DNA from: a bacterium
GTDB lineage: Bacteria; SAR324; NAC60-12
Length of the DNA stretch: 64,000 nucleotides
Assembly: GCA_965205865.1 (NCBI GenBank)
Contig: CBDBHR010000030.1
Span: forward strand, 320,001-384,000
Reading direction: 5' to 3'
Shown: positions 8,718 through 20,875 of the stretch, one piece after another
Numbering within the stretch: the first letter of the stretch is position 1
How the letters are laid out: each line of letters opens with the position of its first letter
The notes under the pieces: generated by a model
Seen by the model: only the letters and a program-made list of their open reading frames with translations
The model's database searches: none
What the model was told of the DNA's origin: nothing
Program-made: the position numbers and the translations under genes

Positions 8718-11700
8718 TTAACTGCATCCGGATGTGGCCCCACACGAGACGCATTTGAGGCAAGAGCCGTTGCGGACCATGGTCAACTGCCCGCATGTTT
8801 CACAATACTCTCCCTCATACCCTTTCATTTTTGCTTCCTGTAGTCGCGATTCCTGCGAACGCTGCAAAGTCCATGCTTCTTTCTTTCCTGCAGTGTACGC
8901 GTCGGAGCGGGAGGCGCTATTGGAATGTCCGCTTCCCGGGGACAATGAAGCACGCTCCGAAAAGTCAGCAAAAGAATGTTCCACTTCCATGAAACGTCTT
9001 TCCGTCTCGGCATTGGGTCGTTGTCCGGTCATTCCATCGCCTTTCGATTCTTCAGCAGGGGTGGCGAGACTGTCCAAGGTACGCTCCACCACGATTTCTT
9101 CCCCTTCGAATTCGGGTTCCGTCTGTTTGCGAGAGTACAGTTCACTGGCTTGCAGATCTTCCTGATTGACGTGCGCCAAATCATTCCGTGCCAGATAAGT
9201 GATGGCCAATTCCCGGAAAATGTAGTCGATGATCGAAGTGCTCATCTTGATGGCATCGTGTCCGGCAACCAGACCATTGGGCTCGAAACGCGTGAAGACA
9301 AACGCTTCCACGTATTCTTCCAAAGGCACGCCATGTTGCAATCCCAGAGAGATGGCAATGGCGAAACAGTTCATCATGCTACGAAAAGCGGCGCCCTCCT
9401 TGTGCATGTCCAGGAAAATTTCTCCTATGGTGCCATCCGGATATTCGCCGGTTCTCAAATAGACTTTATGTCCTCCTACAATTGCTTTTTGAGTGTATCC
9501 TGTCCGTCTTTGAGGCAGTCGGCGCCGTTTTGCCAAATAGCGATGGATAATGCGCTCCGCAATGCGTACTTCCGGTGATTGCGCCTCTTCGACTTCCTCA
9601 GAATCTTCCCTCGCCAAGGACCTCCCGTCCTCCTCATCCACATTGGTATTGAGGGGTTGACTCAATTTGCTGCCATCTCGATAAAACGCGTTGCATTTCA
9701 AACCCAATTCCCAAGAGCGATTGCAGGCGTCTTTGATGTCGGAGATGGAAGCATGTTCAGGCAAATTGATAGTTTTGGAAATGGAGCCGGAAATAAAAGG
9801 TTGCGCAGCTGCCATCATGTGGATGTGGGCTCGAGGGGCGATGTAACGTTTGCCTTTTTTCCCGCACTTGTTGGCACAGTCGAAGACGGCATAGTGTTCT
9901 TTTTTCAGATGTGGCGCCCCTTCAATCGTCATGGTACCACAAATGTAATCATTGGCGGCTTCAATTTCCTTTTCGGAAAACCCCAAGGCTTTGAGGACGT
10001 GGCGATCGTCGAGTTGCTCATCACTGAATCCCAGGGTTTGTTTACAAAATTCTTCTCCCAGTATCCATTTGTTGAAGACGAAGGTGATATCAAAAGCAGA
10101 GGACAACTGAGATTCGACGCCTTCCAGCACGTCTTCGGTGAATCCTTTCAGTTTCAAAGTCTCCGGGTTGATGCATGGACTCCCCTGCAGGGTGCCCTGA
10201 CCTTTGACGTAAAAAACGATATCAGCACTTTGCGATTCGTTATATCCCAGTCTCTTCAAAGCAGGGGGGATGGATTGATTGATGATTTTAAAATAGCCTC
10301 CTCCCGCCAACTTCTTGAATTTGACCAGAGAGAAGTCGGGTTCGATCCCGGTCGTGTCACAGTCCATTACCAGTCCGATGGTCCCGGTGGGCGCAATGAC
10401 GGTCACCTGCGCATTGCGGAATCCGTGTTTTTCTCCCAATTCCAATGCCTGATCGGAAGCTTGCCGGGCCGCCTTGAGCAAATCAGGGGGACAGTATTGA
10501 CTGTCGATGCCCACCGGTTTGATCGTCAGTTCCTCATATTCGGTTTCGGGCACACGGTAAGTTGCCCGTTGATGGTTGCGCACTACCCGTAAAACGTGTT
10601 GCCGGTTGTTTTCATATTCAGGAAAGGGACCCAATTCCCTGGCCATTTCCGCAGAGGCAGTATAGGCCGTCATGTGCATGATGGCGGTGATGGCGCCACA
10701 GATGGCAGTGGCTTTGTTCGAATCATAAGGGATTCCCGAGGTCATCAGGTAAGTGCCCAGATTCGCATATCCCAATCCCAGCGTGCGGTAATTGTAGGAC
10801 AGTTCCGCAATCCGTTGACTGGGAAATTGGGCCATCAACACGCTGATTTCCAAAACAACCGTCCACAAGCGCACGGCATGACGGAAACTCTTGATATCGA
10901 ATTCTTTGTTTAGGGAATCCTGAAACTTGATCAGATTGAGGGATGCCAGATTGCAGGCGGTATCATCCAGAAACATGTATTCACTGCATGGATTCGAGGC
11001 CCGGATTGCGCCACCTTGCGGACAGGTGTGCCATTCATTGATGGTGGTGTCGAATTGAATCCCCGGATCGGCGGAAGACCAGGCAGTGTAGGCAATTTGT
11101 TCCCACAATTCGGAGGCTTTCAGGGTTTTACAGGGTTGAGGAACCCGACCTTCCGCAGCCGCGTTTACCTTTTCAGTGCGCCAGTATAGATTCCAGTCAC
11201 CTTCTTGCTGCAGGGTTTGCATGAAATCATTGGCGATACGGACGGAGTTGTTGGCGTTTTGTCCGGAGACCGTGCCATAGGCTTCCGCATTCCAGTCAGT
11301 GTCATATTCTTCAAACTCGATACCCCTGTATCCCTGCCGGGCCAGTTGAATGATCCTTTCTATGTAATTGGCGGGGACATGAAATTGACGGGCTTTTCGA
11401 ATGGTTTGGCTTAGCGCGTAATTTTTTTTACGGTCGAATTTTTCTTCCGGGAGTACCTCCCCTTCTCCCTGCCAACCATGAATGGCATCAAACAATTCAT
11501 TGAGAATATTTGAAATTGTCATTGAACCGGCAACCATAGCGGCTACCTTTTGTTCTTCCACGACCTTCCAATTGATAAAGGATTCGATATCAGGATGATC
11601 CATGTCCAGACAGATCATCTTGGCGGCCCGCCGAGTGGTTCCCCCCGACTTGATGGCGCCGGCGGCAGTATCTCCTATCTTGAGAAACGACATCAACCCT

Positions 11701-12449
11701 GAAGAAACACCACCGCCGGATAGTGGTTCCCTACCTCCACGGATATACGAAAAATTGGTGCCGGTTCCCGAACCATATTTGAACAGGCGCGCCTCCCGCG
11801 TCCACAAATCCATGATGCCTCCCTCCTGCACCAGATCATCGGTGACGGACTGGATAAAACACGCATGCGGTTGCGGATGAGTGTAGGCGTCTTTGGATTT
11901 GGTCATCTGTTTAGTATCGGGATCGATGTAATGGTGCCCCTGCGACGGCCCCGTGATGCCATAAGCCCAGTTGAGACCCGTATTGAACCATTGAGGTGAA
12001 TTGGGAGCCGCCATCTGCTTGGCCAGCATGTAGCGCATCTCATCATAAAACGCCCTGGCATCCTTTTCGCTGTCGAAATAACTATAACCCCAGTAGGTCC
12101 AGCACCCTGCCAATCTGCGAAAGAGTTGGCGCGAATCTGTTTCAATGGTGGTTTGTTCTGATTCAGGCAGGTTGCTCAGTTTTGCTTTGTCTGCCACGGA
12201 AGGCTGCAACCAGGAGGGGATGTTTTTTTCTTTTGCAGGTTTCAAATACCGGGGTATACCGGCTTTACGAAAATACTTCTGGGCGAGGATGTCCGTCGCC
12301 ACCTGAGACCAGTTCCGGGGGACAATCACTTCCTTCCACTCGAAAACAATGGAACCATCCGGATTACGTATCACCGAAGATCTGGTAGTGAACTCTATGG
12401 ACTCGAAAGGGTCCTGACCTTCCCTGGTGTACAATCGTTCTATTTTCAT
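8718..12449 (-). CDS. nrdJ: Vitamin B12-dependent (class II) ribonucleotide reductase
   Basis: [29 protein letters not shown] and SKTIN motifs; TSCPD-like domain and C-terminal Cys motifs; 1243 aa. Confidence 0.96.
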   Translation of the reverse strand: MKIERLYTREGQDPFESIEFTTRSSVIRNPDGSIVFEWKEVIVPRNWSQVATDILAQKYFRKAGIPRYLKPAKEKNIPSWLQPSVADKAKLSNLPESEQTTIETDSRQLFRRLAGCWTYWGYSYFDSEKDARAFYDEMRYMLAKQMAAPNSPQWFNTGLNWAYGITGPSQGHHYIDPDTKQMTKSKDAYTHPQPHACFIQSVTDDLVQEGGIMDLWTREARLFKYGSGTGTNFSYIRGGREPLSGGGVSSGLMSFLKIGDTAAGAIKSGGTTRRAAKMICLDMDHPDIESFINWKVVEEQKVAAMVAGSMTISNILNELFDAIHGWQGEGEVLPEEKFDRKKNYALSQTIRKARQFHVPANYIERIIQLARQGYRGIEFEEYDTDWNAEAYGTVSGQNANNSVRIANDFMQTLQQEGDWNLYWRTEKVNAAAEGRVPQPCKTLKASELWEQIAYTAWSSADPGIQFDTTINEWHTCPQGGAIRASNPCSEYMFLDDTACNLASLNLIKFQDSLNKEFDIKSFRHAVRLWTVVLEISVLMAQFPSQRIAELSYNYRTLGLGYANLGTYLMTSGIPYDSNKATAICGAITAIMHMTAYTASAEMARELGPFPEYENNRQHVLRVVRNHQRATYRVPETEYEELTIKPVGIDSQYCPPDLLKAARQASDQALELGEKHGFRNAQVTVIAPTGTIGLVMDCDTTGIEPDFSLVKFKKLAGGGYFKIINQSIPPALKRLGYNESQSADIVFYVKGQGTLQGSPCINPETLKLKGFTEDVLEGVESQLSSAFDITFVFNKWILGEEFCKQTLGFSDEQLDDRHVLKALGFSEKEIEAANDYICGTMTIEGAPHLKKEHYAVFDCANKCGKKGKRYIAPRAHIHMMAAAQPFISGSISKTINLPEHASISDIKDACNRSWELGLKCNAFYRDGSKLSQPLNTNVDEEDGRSLAREDSEEVEEAQSPEVRIAERIIHRYLAKRRRLPQRRTGYTQKAIVGGHKVYLRTGEYPDGTIGEIFLDMHKEGAAFRSMMNCFAIAISLGLQHGVPLEEYVEAFVFTRFEPNGLVAGHDAIKMSTSIIDYIFRELAITYLARNDLAHVNQEDLQASELYSRKQTEPEFEGEEIVVERTLDSLATPAEESKGDGMTGQRPNAETERRFMEVEHSFADFSERASLSPGSGHSNSASRSDAYTAGKKEAWTLQRSQESRLQEAKMKGYEGEYCETCGQLTMVRNGSCLKCVSCGATSGCS

Positions 12450-12761
12450 GAAATCCTCTCTTTCAGAAGTTGGAATATTCCAAATTTTCTCTAAGGTTAC
12501 CAGATCATTATCGCATCAAGATTATTTTCACAATATTTTTTACTGACGTTCTTGCCGATCTTGTGCTACGATTGTTTTTCATGGAAATGGTGATCTCTCA
12601 AAATGTTGATTCTGGTGTTAACTATTTGAATATATTACCATTTCCATGTTTGATTGTCATCTAATTGCAGGATTCAGGTCTGTTTTAAACACTCATATTG
12701 CACCTATTTGTCGGACAAATTCTTTTAAACGCCGGCAAAGCCGTTCAACAAAAAGACATTT

Positions 12762-14195
12762 ATGGAGTTTGAGCCCGTCATTGGTTTAGAAATTCATGCC
12801 CAGTTGGCCACCGAGTCCAAAATTTTCTGCCGTTGTTCTACGGAATACGGGGTGTCTGCGAACAAAAACACCTGTCCGGTCTGTATGGGATTGCCTGGCG
12901 TTTTGCCGGTATTGAATAAAAAAGTACTGGAATTCGCGGTGCGTTTGGGATTGGTAACCCATTGCGCGATTCGACTCGATTCTCAATTCGCGCGCAAAAA
13001 TTATTTTTATCCGGATTTGCCCAAAGCCTACCAGATTTCGCAATTTGACCGCCCCATTTGTGAAAATGGTTGGCTCGACGTCGAAGTCGACGGGCGTGCC
13101 AAACGGATCGGCATCACGCGCATCCACATGGAAGAAGATGCCGGCAAACTGCTCCATGAGGAGGGAAACGGTTCCAGCAGTTATGTCGATTTGAATCGAG
13201 CTGGAGTGCCCTTGTTGGAAATCGTCAGCGAACCGGATTTACGTTCTCCGCAGGAAGCAAAAGCCTACATGGAAAAAATTCACGCCCTGGTGACCTATCT
13301 TCAGATTTCCGATGGGGATATGGAAAAAGGCAATCTGCGCTGTGACGCCAATGTTTCCATCCGTCCGAAAGGACAGCAAAGTTTCGGCACCCGCACTGAA
13401 ACAAAAAATATCAACTCGTTTCGTTTTGTACAACAAGCCATCGATTATGAAATCGAACGTCAAACCTGGGAAATCCTGGATGGACACGAAATCACTCAGG
13501 AAACACGTCAGTGGGATGCCGGGAAAAAAGTGACTTATAGCATGCGCAGCAAAGAGGAGGCACACGATTATCGCTATTTCCCCGATCCCGATCTGCCAAT
13601 TGTCCATATTTCTCGAGCATGGATCGATAACATCGCACTGCAGTTACCGGAACTGGCGGATGCTAAACAAAAACGTTTTGTCGCCGAATATCAATTACGT
13701 GAGGAAGACGCAAAACGGTTGGTCGCCGATCGCGCAGTGGCCGATTACTATGAGGCGGTGATGGCCAACAATACGCATGCCAAACTGGCCTTCAGTTGGG
13801 TGATGATGGAGTTGGGACGGGTGATGAACGAAACAAAAACCGGCATTGATGAAATCGGCATTCCTCCCCGCCAGTTGGCAGAATTGATCAAAATGATTGC
13901 AGACAACTCCATCAGTGGAAAAATCGCCAAGAAGGTTTTCGAGGAGATGCTCTGCAGGGATCAATCTCCTCGCGCTATCGTGGAAGCCAAAGGCTTGAAA
14001 CAAATCTCCGATTCCGGCGCACTGGAAAACTTGGTCGTGGAGACCATCCGCAAAAACCCCGTTCAGGCGCAGCAATACCGGGACGGAAAAACCAAAGTTT
14101 TCGGCTTTTTTGTAGGACAAATCATGAAAGCGTCCAAAGAACAAGCCAATCCTCGAATCGTCAACCAAATATTGAAAGAAAAACTCGATGGATAA
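12762..14195 (+). CDS. gatB: Asp-tRNA(Asn)/Glu-tRNA(Gln) amidotransferase subunit B
   Basis: VIGLEIHAQL, RKNYFYPDLPK, HMEEDAGK and DYRYFPDPDL. Confidence 0.98.
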   Translation: MEFEPVIGLEIHAQLATESKIFCRCSTEYGVSANKNTCPVCMGLPGVLPVLNKKVLEFAVRLGLVTHCAIRLDSQFARKNYFYPDLPKAYQISQFDRPICENGWLDVEVDGRAKRIGITRIHMEEDAGKLLHEEGNGSSSYVDLNRAGVPLLEIVSEPDLRSPQEAKAYMEKIHALVTYLQISDGDMEKGNLRCDANVSIRPKGQQSFGTRTETKNINSFRFVQQAIDYEIERQTWEILDGHEITQETRQWDAGKKVTYSMRSKEEAHDYRYFPDPDLPIVHISRAWIDNIALQLPELADAKQKRFVAEYQLREEDAKRLVADRAVADYYEAVMANNTHAKLAFSWVMMELGRVMNETKTGIDEIGIPPRQLAELIKMIADNSISGKIAKKVFEEMLCRDQSPRAIVEAKGLKQISDSGALENLVVETIRKNPVQAQQYRDGKTKVFGFFVGQIMKASKEQANPRIVNQILKEKLDG

Positions 14196-14928
14196 GCAAC
14201 GTTTTGAAAATCCATGGATGATGCGTGGAATCAAAATTCTGGAACCCCTTTCCCTCATGTGTCTTCTTGGATGCGGGATATGGATTTTCTCCGGCACTCC
14301 CACAGAAAAAGAAATGGGATTCGTACAAAAAATCATGTACCTTCACGTTCCCACGGTTATCGTGACTTATACCGCATTTTTCGTGGTGTTTGCCTTTGGT
14401 ATCGCTTATTTGTGGAAACAAGACTTGTTTTTTGACCAGGTGGCCAAATCATCTGCTCAAATAGGGTTGATTTTCTGCGGGCTTGTGTTGATCACCGGGG
14501 CTATCTGGGGCAAACCGACTTGGGGAACTTATTGGGTTTGGGATGCCCGCCTGACTACCACTCTATTACTCTTTCTCATTTTTGCGGGATATTTTTTGCT
14601 GCGCGCCTTTTCGAAAGAAAGAGAAAGGGAAGCGCGATTTGCTTCTGTTTTGGGCATCATTGGATTTTTGGACATTCCCATTATCCACAAGTCCGTGGAA
14701 TGGTGGCGCACGCTTCACCAGCCTACCACTTTGTTGAAAGTGGGGACGGCAGGAGAAGCCAATCCGGCCATGCCTTCCGAGTTGCTCCTGCCACTGTTGG
14801 CCGCCATGGGGGCCATGTTGATTTTTTATCTCTATCTTCTCTTGTTGCGTCTCCACCTGGAACGTCAACATCACACCTTGCAAGAGAGGATTGTCGAATA
14901 CGAAGGAGAGTCGCAGCCATGCCAATGA
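14188..14928 (+). CDS. ccmC: Heme exporter / cytochrome c biogenesis protein CcmC
   Basis: YLHVP, WGKPTWGTYWVWDARLT and WWRTLHQ. Confidence 0.95.
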   Translation: MDKQRFENPWMMRGIKILEPLSLMCLLGCGIWIFSGTPTEKEMGFVQKIMYLHVPTVIVTYTAFFVVFAFGIAYLWKQDLFFDQVAKSSAQIGLIFCGLVLITGAIWGKPTWGTYWVWDARLTTTLLLFLIFAGYFLLRAFSKEREREARFASVLGIIGFLDIPIIHKSVEWWRTLHQPTTLLKVGTAGEANPAMPSELLLPLLAAMGAMLIFYLYLLLLRLHLERQHHTLQERIVEYEGESQPCQ

Positions 14929-15059
14929 ATTTGGAATTTGTTATCAGCACCTACGGGATTTGGATGGCTACCATGATCATTTATGTTTGGCTCATGAGAC
15001 GCAAATTGAAAAACTGCAACCATGCTTTGGAAAACCTGGATCAAGAGCAAAAATCGTGA
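14919..15059 (+). CDS. ccmD: Heme exporter protein CcmD (46 aa)
   Basis: Small single-TM protein with basic tail (MPMNLEFVISTYGIW...RRKLK) between ccmC and ccmE. Confidence 0.75.
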   Translation: MPMNLEFVISTYGIWMATMIIYVWLMRRKLKNCNHALENLDQEQKS

Positions 15060-15493
15060 AAAGCACCTATAAATTTTTAATCGGTGGCTTGGTCATTTTT
15101 GCCATGCTGGCTGCCATATCGATTCAAGGCTTGCAGGAAATGACCGTGTTTTTTCATACGCCTGAGGAAATTCTCGCCGCTCCTGCCGATTTCGAAAACA
15201 AAACAATTCGCATCGGCGCCCTGGTGCAGCCCGGCAGTGTGGAATGGGATGCCAAAACCCTCATCCTTTCCTTCAACGTGACGGAAGATTCCAAGCAATT
15301 CATTCCGGTGGTCTATGTAGGGGTGAAACCGGATATGTTTCGTGAAGGACAAGGGGTGGTCGTGGAGGGAAAAATGCAAGGCCAGGTATTCACAGCGCAT
15401 CAACTGCTCGTAAAACACAGTGAAGAGTACAAACTGGACCCGGAAACTCATAAAAGTAAAAAAGATTATTATAAAACCCTCAGTGAGTCCTGA
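15056..15493 (+). CDS. ccmE: Heme chaperone CcmE
   Basis: GTG start overlaps the ccmD stop. IRIGALVQPGS, PDMFREGQGVVVEG and KHSEEY heme-binding motif. Confidence 0.95.
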   Translation: MKSTYKFLIGGLVIFAMLAAISIQGLQEMTVFFHTPEEILAAPADFENKTIRIGALVQPGSVEWDAKTLILSFNVTEDSKQFIPVVYVGVKPDMFREGQGVVVEGKMQGQVFTAHQLLVKHSEEYKLDPETHKSKKDYYKTLSES

Positions 15494-15814
15494 AACAATC
15501 TCGAAATTCCGAATCACTCTTGATTCCTGAAAACAGTTTTCAAAAAAAAGAGCGATTCTCCTGCAAAAACAGCAAAATCTCTATATTTTCAAACACTCAC
15601 CGGACTGATGTTCGATCTCTGGAATGGAAACGATTACCTGACCAGTGACGGCACGTATGCATTCATGGCAACCAGGGAAGGATCATCCCAGGCAAAAGCT
15701 TTTGATTGCATCGGCGTGAGCATGCGGATCTGAATCATATGATCCAGCCTGATCAGACCATTTTTTGGCTCATGCCGAAGATGGACCGCTAAAGATTTTC
15801 TGAAAGCGTATCGT

Positions 15815-15900
15815 TGCGAAGGATTTAATGGGGTTTGGGAAATTGTCAGTTCTCACCGAACAGATACTTACCGGACGGCGTATGCGATCAAACTAGAAAA
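15815..15900 (+). pseudogene. Internal fragment of RelE/HigB-like (Gp49-type) toxin
   Basis: My translation is GFNGVWEIVSSHRTDTYRTAYAIKLE, joined directly to the oppC fragment. Confidence 0.5.
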
Positions 15901-16152
15901 TCATACCAGGTGGTCGGTCCCCAGCAGGTATTTTCCTGACGCTGGGCTCAGCCTGTCTATCAGGTGAATCTCGCTCACCCCGTAGGGGGCCAGAACCTCG
16001 GCAAAGATCGCCACCAGAATCAAGAACAAGGTGACCATCCCGCCAAACGTCCCGAGGGGCTTCTCCTTGAGAAGCCTGATGAAGAAATCCACAAACCGAC
16101 CTCGTCGCTTGGGTTCACTGACTTTGGATGGGAATTCTATGGTGTCACTCAT
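15901..16152 (-). pseudogene. OppC/DppC-type permease 5' fragment
   Basis: RLLKEKPLG..GG...LF..VAIFA.VLAPY...YLLGTDHL, then stop. Confidence 0.8.
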
Positions 16153-16171
16153 GTTCTCGATTTCTCTATAG

Positions 16172-16256
16172 GTAGGGCCGGTGGTCCGGCATTCCGGTGA
16201 CGTCCCGGCCTGAAAAACGCATCGCTCGCATTGACCGGGACGTCACCCGGCCCTAC
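16172..16256. repeat. GTAG-type REP-like palindromic element
   Basis: GTAGGGCCGG...CCGGCCCTAC ends with inner GTGACGTCCCGG/CCGGGACGTCAC stem; lies between the oppB and oppC fragments. Confidence 0.75.
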
Positions 16257-16278
16257 CGTATAGCTTTCGCGCCAGCGA

Positions 16279-16602
16279 CTATTCATACCGCACCCTCGGG
16301 TCCAGATAGGGATAAATCAGGTCGATGAGGAGATTGAGCAGCACCACCCCGGTGGCGAAAAAGAGGTTGATTCCGGAGACCATCGGGTAGTCTCTCTCAT
16401 TGAGGGCATTCACCAAGAGACGGCCGATCGCCGGCAGGTTGAAGATGTTTCCCATGATCACCGCGCCCCCAACCAGGATCGGCAACTGCAGGCCGCAGAG
16501 AGGCTGGGCGGCCGCAGCGCGGCCAATAAGCCCAGCTGAACGCGTCACCACCGGGATGAGGGCATTTTTGAGGGTGTGCCGGATCACCACGGCCCGCTCC
16601 TT
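16279..16602 (-). pseudogene. OppB/DppB-type permease 3' fragment (copy A) with palindromic insert
   Basis: RHTLKNALIPV...GGAVIM.NIFNLP..RDYPMVSG...YLDPRVRYE. Confidence 0.85.
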
Positions 16603-16814
16603 CATTTCAATCGAGAAAATAAAAGACAATTTAATATTTGACCCCTTTCCGCCACTCGGTCCTGACCGCCTCTTCTTTTTGAAGCTCAAAAGGACACTTT
16701 CAGAGACACCGTAAGAGGGCGAGAGCAAAATCTATGAGGAGCAACTATTTCTCATGGCACTTGCCCCCTTTGAAGATTACACAATAGCAAAGATAAGACG
16801 TGGTTTCATGACAT

Positions 16815-17021
16815 GGAAGGAAGCAAACAGGGGACCGCCGCAGTCCCCCATCCCGGAGGCAAGTATGCTACGAAAAATAGCGAGTGTTTTGAAGGCGCCG
16901 CCCGCTGGTCTTGAGGAAAAGTAAGTTTGAATGACCCCCATATTGGATCGCGCTATTGCAGGAAAGGAAGAACAGTGGTAAATTGCAAAGAGTTATTTCA
17001 GATTGAGGAAAAAAGGAAGTT
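16815..17021 (+). repeat. Recurrent ~200-bp hairpin+promoter element, copy 1
   Basis: GGGGAC..GTCCCC hairpin, a second hairpin, and TTGCAG-17nt-TAAATT (16956-16984). Confidence 0.85.
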
Positions 17022-17696
17022 ATGAAAAGATTTTGGATCATTTGGTTGATGGGAGGCGTGAGCTGGTTGCTGAGCCATGGGGCGGTTTATGGGCAACCAA
17101 CGCTGGGATTTACCCAGGAAGATCGAGAGCGCATCATTCGGCTGGAAACCACCTTAACGCTCTTTATGGAAGCTACTGATCAGCGGTTTATCGAATTACG
17201 GGAAGACATAAACAAACGCTTTGAACAGGTAGATAAACGCTTTGAACAGGTAGATCAGCGGTTTATCGAATTACGGGAAGATATGAATATCCGCTTTATC
17301 GAATTACGGGAAGACATGAATAAACGCTTTGAACAAGCAGATAAGCGCTTTGCGCAGGTGGATCAACGCTTTGAAGACATGAACAACCGCTTTGAACAGA
17401 TGATGAATACCTTGCAGCTGATTGCCGGCATTTTTACCGTCCTGACTCTGGGTGTCATCGGATTTGCCTATTGGGACCGACGCACTATTATTCGCAAAGC
17501 AAAACAAGAGACCCTGGAAACGCTGGAGCGGGACGCCGCTCCTAAAGAAGAAGCGATCATTGACCGAGCTGTAGCGCAAGCGGTTCAAGAGATCAAAAAA
17601 GACAATCGTCTGCAAGACTTGATCGCTGCCTTACGCATATTGGCCGCCACTGACCCACCTCTGGCAAACGTTCTCAAAGAATTTCATTTATTATAG
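17022..17696 (+). CDS. Signal peptide + repeat coiled-coil + TM protein, paralog 1 (224 aa)
   Basis: KRFEQVD / RFIELREDMN repeats followed by TM LIAGIFTVLTLGVIGFAYW. Confidence 0.85.
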   Translation: MKRFWIIWLMGGVSWLLSHGAVYGQPTLGFTQEDRERIIRLETTLTLFMEATDQRFIELREDINKRFEQVDKRFEQVDQRFIELREDMNIRFIELREDMNKRFEQADKRFAQVDQRFEDMNNRFEQMMNTLQLIAGIFTVLTLGVIGFAYWDRRTIIRKAKQETLETLERDAAPKEEAIIDRAVAQAVQEIKKDNRLQDLIAALRILAATDPPLANVLKEFHLL

Positions 17697-17949
17697 ACTC
17701 CCTCACAACCCAGGGCGTTATCCTGGGCTAATATGTTAAGCCTTTTCAGGGCCACTTTGAGCAATTTTGCACTTATAATTAAGATAAGTCCCGCATAGGG
17801 TGGGGTTGGGGGTGAGATGTCGCGGAAAGGGGTGAAGAAAAGTTTCTGTCCTTTTTCTTTCGCCCCTTGATATCTACTAGCCCCTTGATATCTACTATGA
17901 TATAAAAAAAGTAGCGACTTTCCCATTAAGAGTTTCACCGGAGGATAAG

Positions 17950-18220
17950 ATGCCTTTTCCAGAATATTTAACCTTAGCAGAGTTCAAAAAACTCCCGGTT
18001 GAGCACATTTTACTATCAATATCGTCAGAGCAGCAAAGTGTGACGGTGCAATTGCCGGATGGGAATGAAATTATTATACGCCCTGAGTCTCCATTGAAAC
18101 CTTTACCTGTATTAAAAGGGCATATTCCAAAAGGTTAGAAAGAAGCCATTTATCATGAGTCAGAGTGATTTGATCTTATTTGATGCAGGAATGTTCATTG
18201 GCGCATTATTACAGGAAAGA
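17950..18220 (+). pseudogene. Broken antitoxin + 5' end of PIN-type toxin
   Basis: The first ORF reads ...LKGHIPKG*KEAIY (likely Trp to stop). It overlaps MSQSDLILFDAGMFIGAL, which is then cut. Confidence 0.45.
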
Positions 18221-18677
18221 GATTGGAGTCAATTGCGTCAAAGCCATTTGGCATTTGGTCGTTTCATTCGGATTTTTCCTCGTCATCGCTTTATCCGTCA
18301 AGAGTGGAAAATCTCCGTTGCTCAATTGTGACAACATATTCATCACCTTCGTCCCTTGGCTGATACCATTGAGCGTTTAGCTCCAGCACTTTCCAGAGAA
18401 AGACCCAATGTAGAATATCCATGGAAATCTCCAGATAATCAACTCTATATCCTTGTCATTATGAATTTAATGAAATACTGGAAGAACTAGAGAGTGTTCG
18501 AGGAAGGAATTTGCTAAAATTGATGAACAGGATCATTTCAGATGAGAAATGGTCTGTGGCTTTTGGAATAGGATAATAATATATTTCATTATAACTGTAT
18601 TTCAGGAATTCTGAGATGAGGTGTCCCCATTGTGATTATGAGGAAGCTCAAGAAGTTTTCACAACAAAAGCTCTTAT

Positions 18678-18838
18678 CCCTGAGCCCCTTGGATCAGGAG
18701 GCGCGAATATAGTCCTGCCGGAGAACCTCCAGCATCATGGTGCGCATCATCCGCACGGTGGCGGCCGCCGAGACCGTTCCTAGAATCACGCTGGGGATGA
18801 GGAACGCCGCGAGATTCCCCAGCGGGTCCACGGTGAAA
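18678..18838 (-). pseudogene. OppB-type permease internal fragment
   Basis: FTVDPLGNLAAFLIPSVILGT...RMMRTMMLEVLRQDYIR, with an internal stop. Confidence 0.8.
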
Positions 18839-18962
18839 TTAGTGCTTTAAGATTCACTCCATCGGCACTAATTCTGCACGTTTCCAAACTAAACCAAATT
18901 AGAGTTGAGGAGAGTCCTCACCGTCATTCAGGAAAACCGAGAGGAATTTATCAGGAGATGGG

Positions 18963-19202
18963 ATGAAATTGTTACGCGGAACGAAAGTTGAACTCGATCA
19001 GAAATACCTCCATGTCACGCTAGCGGATGGGCGCATAATTTCGACGCCTCTTTCCTGGTATGAAGAACTGACTCATGCCACAGAAGACCAGCTCCATCAC
19101 TATAAATTTCTTGGCAACGGATTGGTCATCGAGTGGCATGATTTGGATTTCCATCTGGATGTTCAAGAGATGAGTATGGAAATTCAAGAAAAAGCGGCCT
19201 GA
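18963..19202 (+). CDS. DUF2442-like antitoxin, preceded by a 3' remnant of its DUF4160-like partner
   Basis: LHVTLADGR.ISTPLSWY..L..AT..QL...IEW.DLD.HL. The overlapping upstream frame ends IQENREEFIRRWDE. Confidence 0.75.
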   Translation: MKLLRGTKVELDQKYLHVTLADGRIISTPLSWYEELTHATEDQLHHYKFLGNGLVIEWHDLDFHLDVQEMSMEIQEKAA

Positions 19203-19365
19203 TTGGCAGAAGTAAGGATAGGCGTTTTTGACAAACTTCGGTAGCAGGGTATGCCATGCGGTGGTCCCCTCGTAGGCTTGGCGGAGCTGGCAAAGGAAGG
19301 GTCCCCTGGAGAGGGGCTCCGACTTACCCGGGCGGAGTGCCGCAATATAGGTTTCCTCTTCTTTC

Positions 19366-19913
19366 CTGGCTGCCAGAAAATAGTCATTCTCTTTAATGCC
19401 CACCACAGCGCCACGGATGACTCGGGAGCCGCCGACACCTCCGTCAACCCCCAGGACCACGATGATCTGGAGGAGCCCTTGTCACACAATGGACATGATG
19501 GTTAACTAGAGCAGCAGCCCCTGGAAGGCCATCCAGGTATCGACAAAGCGCTGCACCGCCAGGTCCACTTTCCCTCCAAGGTATCCGGAAGTGCCGCCGA
19601 TCAGGACCGCGATGAGTACGTTGAGCGCCGTCGCAGCCAAACCGACGGATAAGGAAATACGAGCTCCGTAGAGCAGGCGGTTAAATAAGTCCCCTCCCAA
19701 GTGGTTGGTCCCCAACAGATATTGGACGGATGGGGCTTGCAGTATGTCGGCCAGGTGCATTTCCCGATAGGGATAAGGCGCCAGAACATCGGCAAAAAGC
19801 GCCACCACAATAAAGAGCAAGACGATCATCCCGCAGGCCTTCCCCAGGGGCTTCTCCCGCCACAGCCGGATGAAGAAATCCGCAAACCGGCCCCGTCGCT
19901 TGGATTCACTCAT
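19366..19913 (-). pseudogene. OppC-type permease 5' part, frameshifted
   Basis: REKPLG, LLGTNHLGGD...LYGARISL.VG, GGKVD..VQRFVD, then SRVIRGAVVGIKENDY in a shifted frame. Its start overlaps the oppB stop (ATGAGTGA). Confidence 0.85.
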
Positions 19914-20390
19914 ACCGTACTCTCGGGTCCAGATAGGGAAAAATCAGGTCGATGAGGAGATTGAGCAGCGCTACCCCGGTGGCGAAAAACAGATTGATTC
20001 CGGAGACCATCAGGTAGTCTCGCTCATTGAGGGCATTCACCAGGAAACGACCGAGCTCCGGCAGGTTGAAGATGTTCTCCATGATCACCGCGCCCCCGAC
20101 CAGGATAGGCAACTGCAGGCCGATCGGAGCACCACCGGGATGATGGCATTTTTGAGGGTGTGCCGGATAATCACGACCCGCTCCCTGTGTCTTTTGGACC
20201 AGGCGGTTCGGATATAATCCTGCCGGATCACCTCCAGCATCATGGTCCGGGTCAAGCACATAGTCGTCTCCGAGACCCACATGCCCAAAATTATGGCGGG
20301 AATGGCGAACATTTGAAGGTTCCCCAGGGGGGCATCGGTAAATCGAATCAGTTCCATTGAAGGTGATCACTACCACCAGACGGAGGGGTA
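19906..20390 (-). pseudogene. OppB-type permease 3' part (copy B), frameshifted, no insert
   Basis: RTMMLEVIRQDYIRTAWSK in one frame and GLQLPILVGGAVIMENIFNLP...YLDPRVRYE in another. Confidence 0.85.
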
Positions 20391-20556
20391 AATGATGACG
20401 ACAGTCCCGATGAACTTTGTCATTCTCTGCCCAATAAGCTAAATGAGGTCCTTTGCTTGACGAAAAGTTAATCATAAACTGTTACGTGTCCCCAGTTTTC
20501 ACTTACCTCAGTTAAAAATTGAAATAAATCTGGTCCGTTGAAGTTCGTTGAGCAAC

Positions 20557-20585
20557 TTGTCTCTCTGCCAAATCTTTGCTACACT
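20557..20585 (+). promoter_or_regulatory. Sigma70-like promoter of UPF0175/DUF3368 pair
   Basis: TTGTCT-17nt-TACACT with extended TG. Confidence 0.45.
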
Positions 20586-20620
20586 TTTATTCAGTGGAAT
20601 GACTCATCCTGAGAAGAAAG

Positions 20621-20875
20621 ATGGAATCAAAAATGACGATTGAATATCCGGCAAATTTGCCTGATATTTTGCAAGCCACTCGTTTGCAGTTTGAGCAGGA
20701 AGCACGAATGGCGATGGCTGTGAAACTGTTTGAAATGAAGCGCATCTCTTCAGGAATAGCGGCTGCTTTGGCTGGGATGGATCGTGTTTCATTTTTACTC
20801 CAGTTGCACCGATATGGAACCACAATGATCGATTTAGAAGAAGAAGAGTTGATCTCGGATATGGAAAATGCCTGA
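20621..20875 (+). CDS. UPF0175 family antitoxin
   Basis: EAR.AMAVKLFE..RISSG.AA.LAGM.RV.FL..L. Confidence 0.85.
   Translation: MESKMTIEYPANLPDILQATRLQFEQEARMAMAVKLFEMKRISSGIAAALAGMDRVSFLLQLHRYGTTMIDLEEEELISDMENA

Noticed and set aside
8718-12449. Intein in NrdJ
   Set aside because: Length fits long-form NrdJ and no splicing or LAGLIDADG motifs are apparent.
12450-12761. Cobalamin riboswitch or NrdR box upstream of nrdJ
   Set aside because: No convincing B12-box or NrdR consensus seen.
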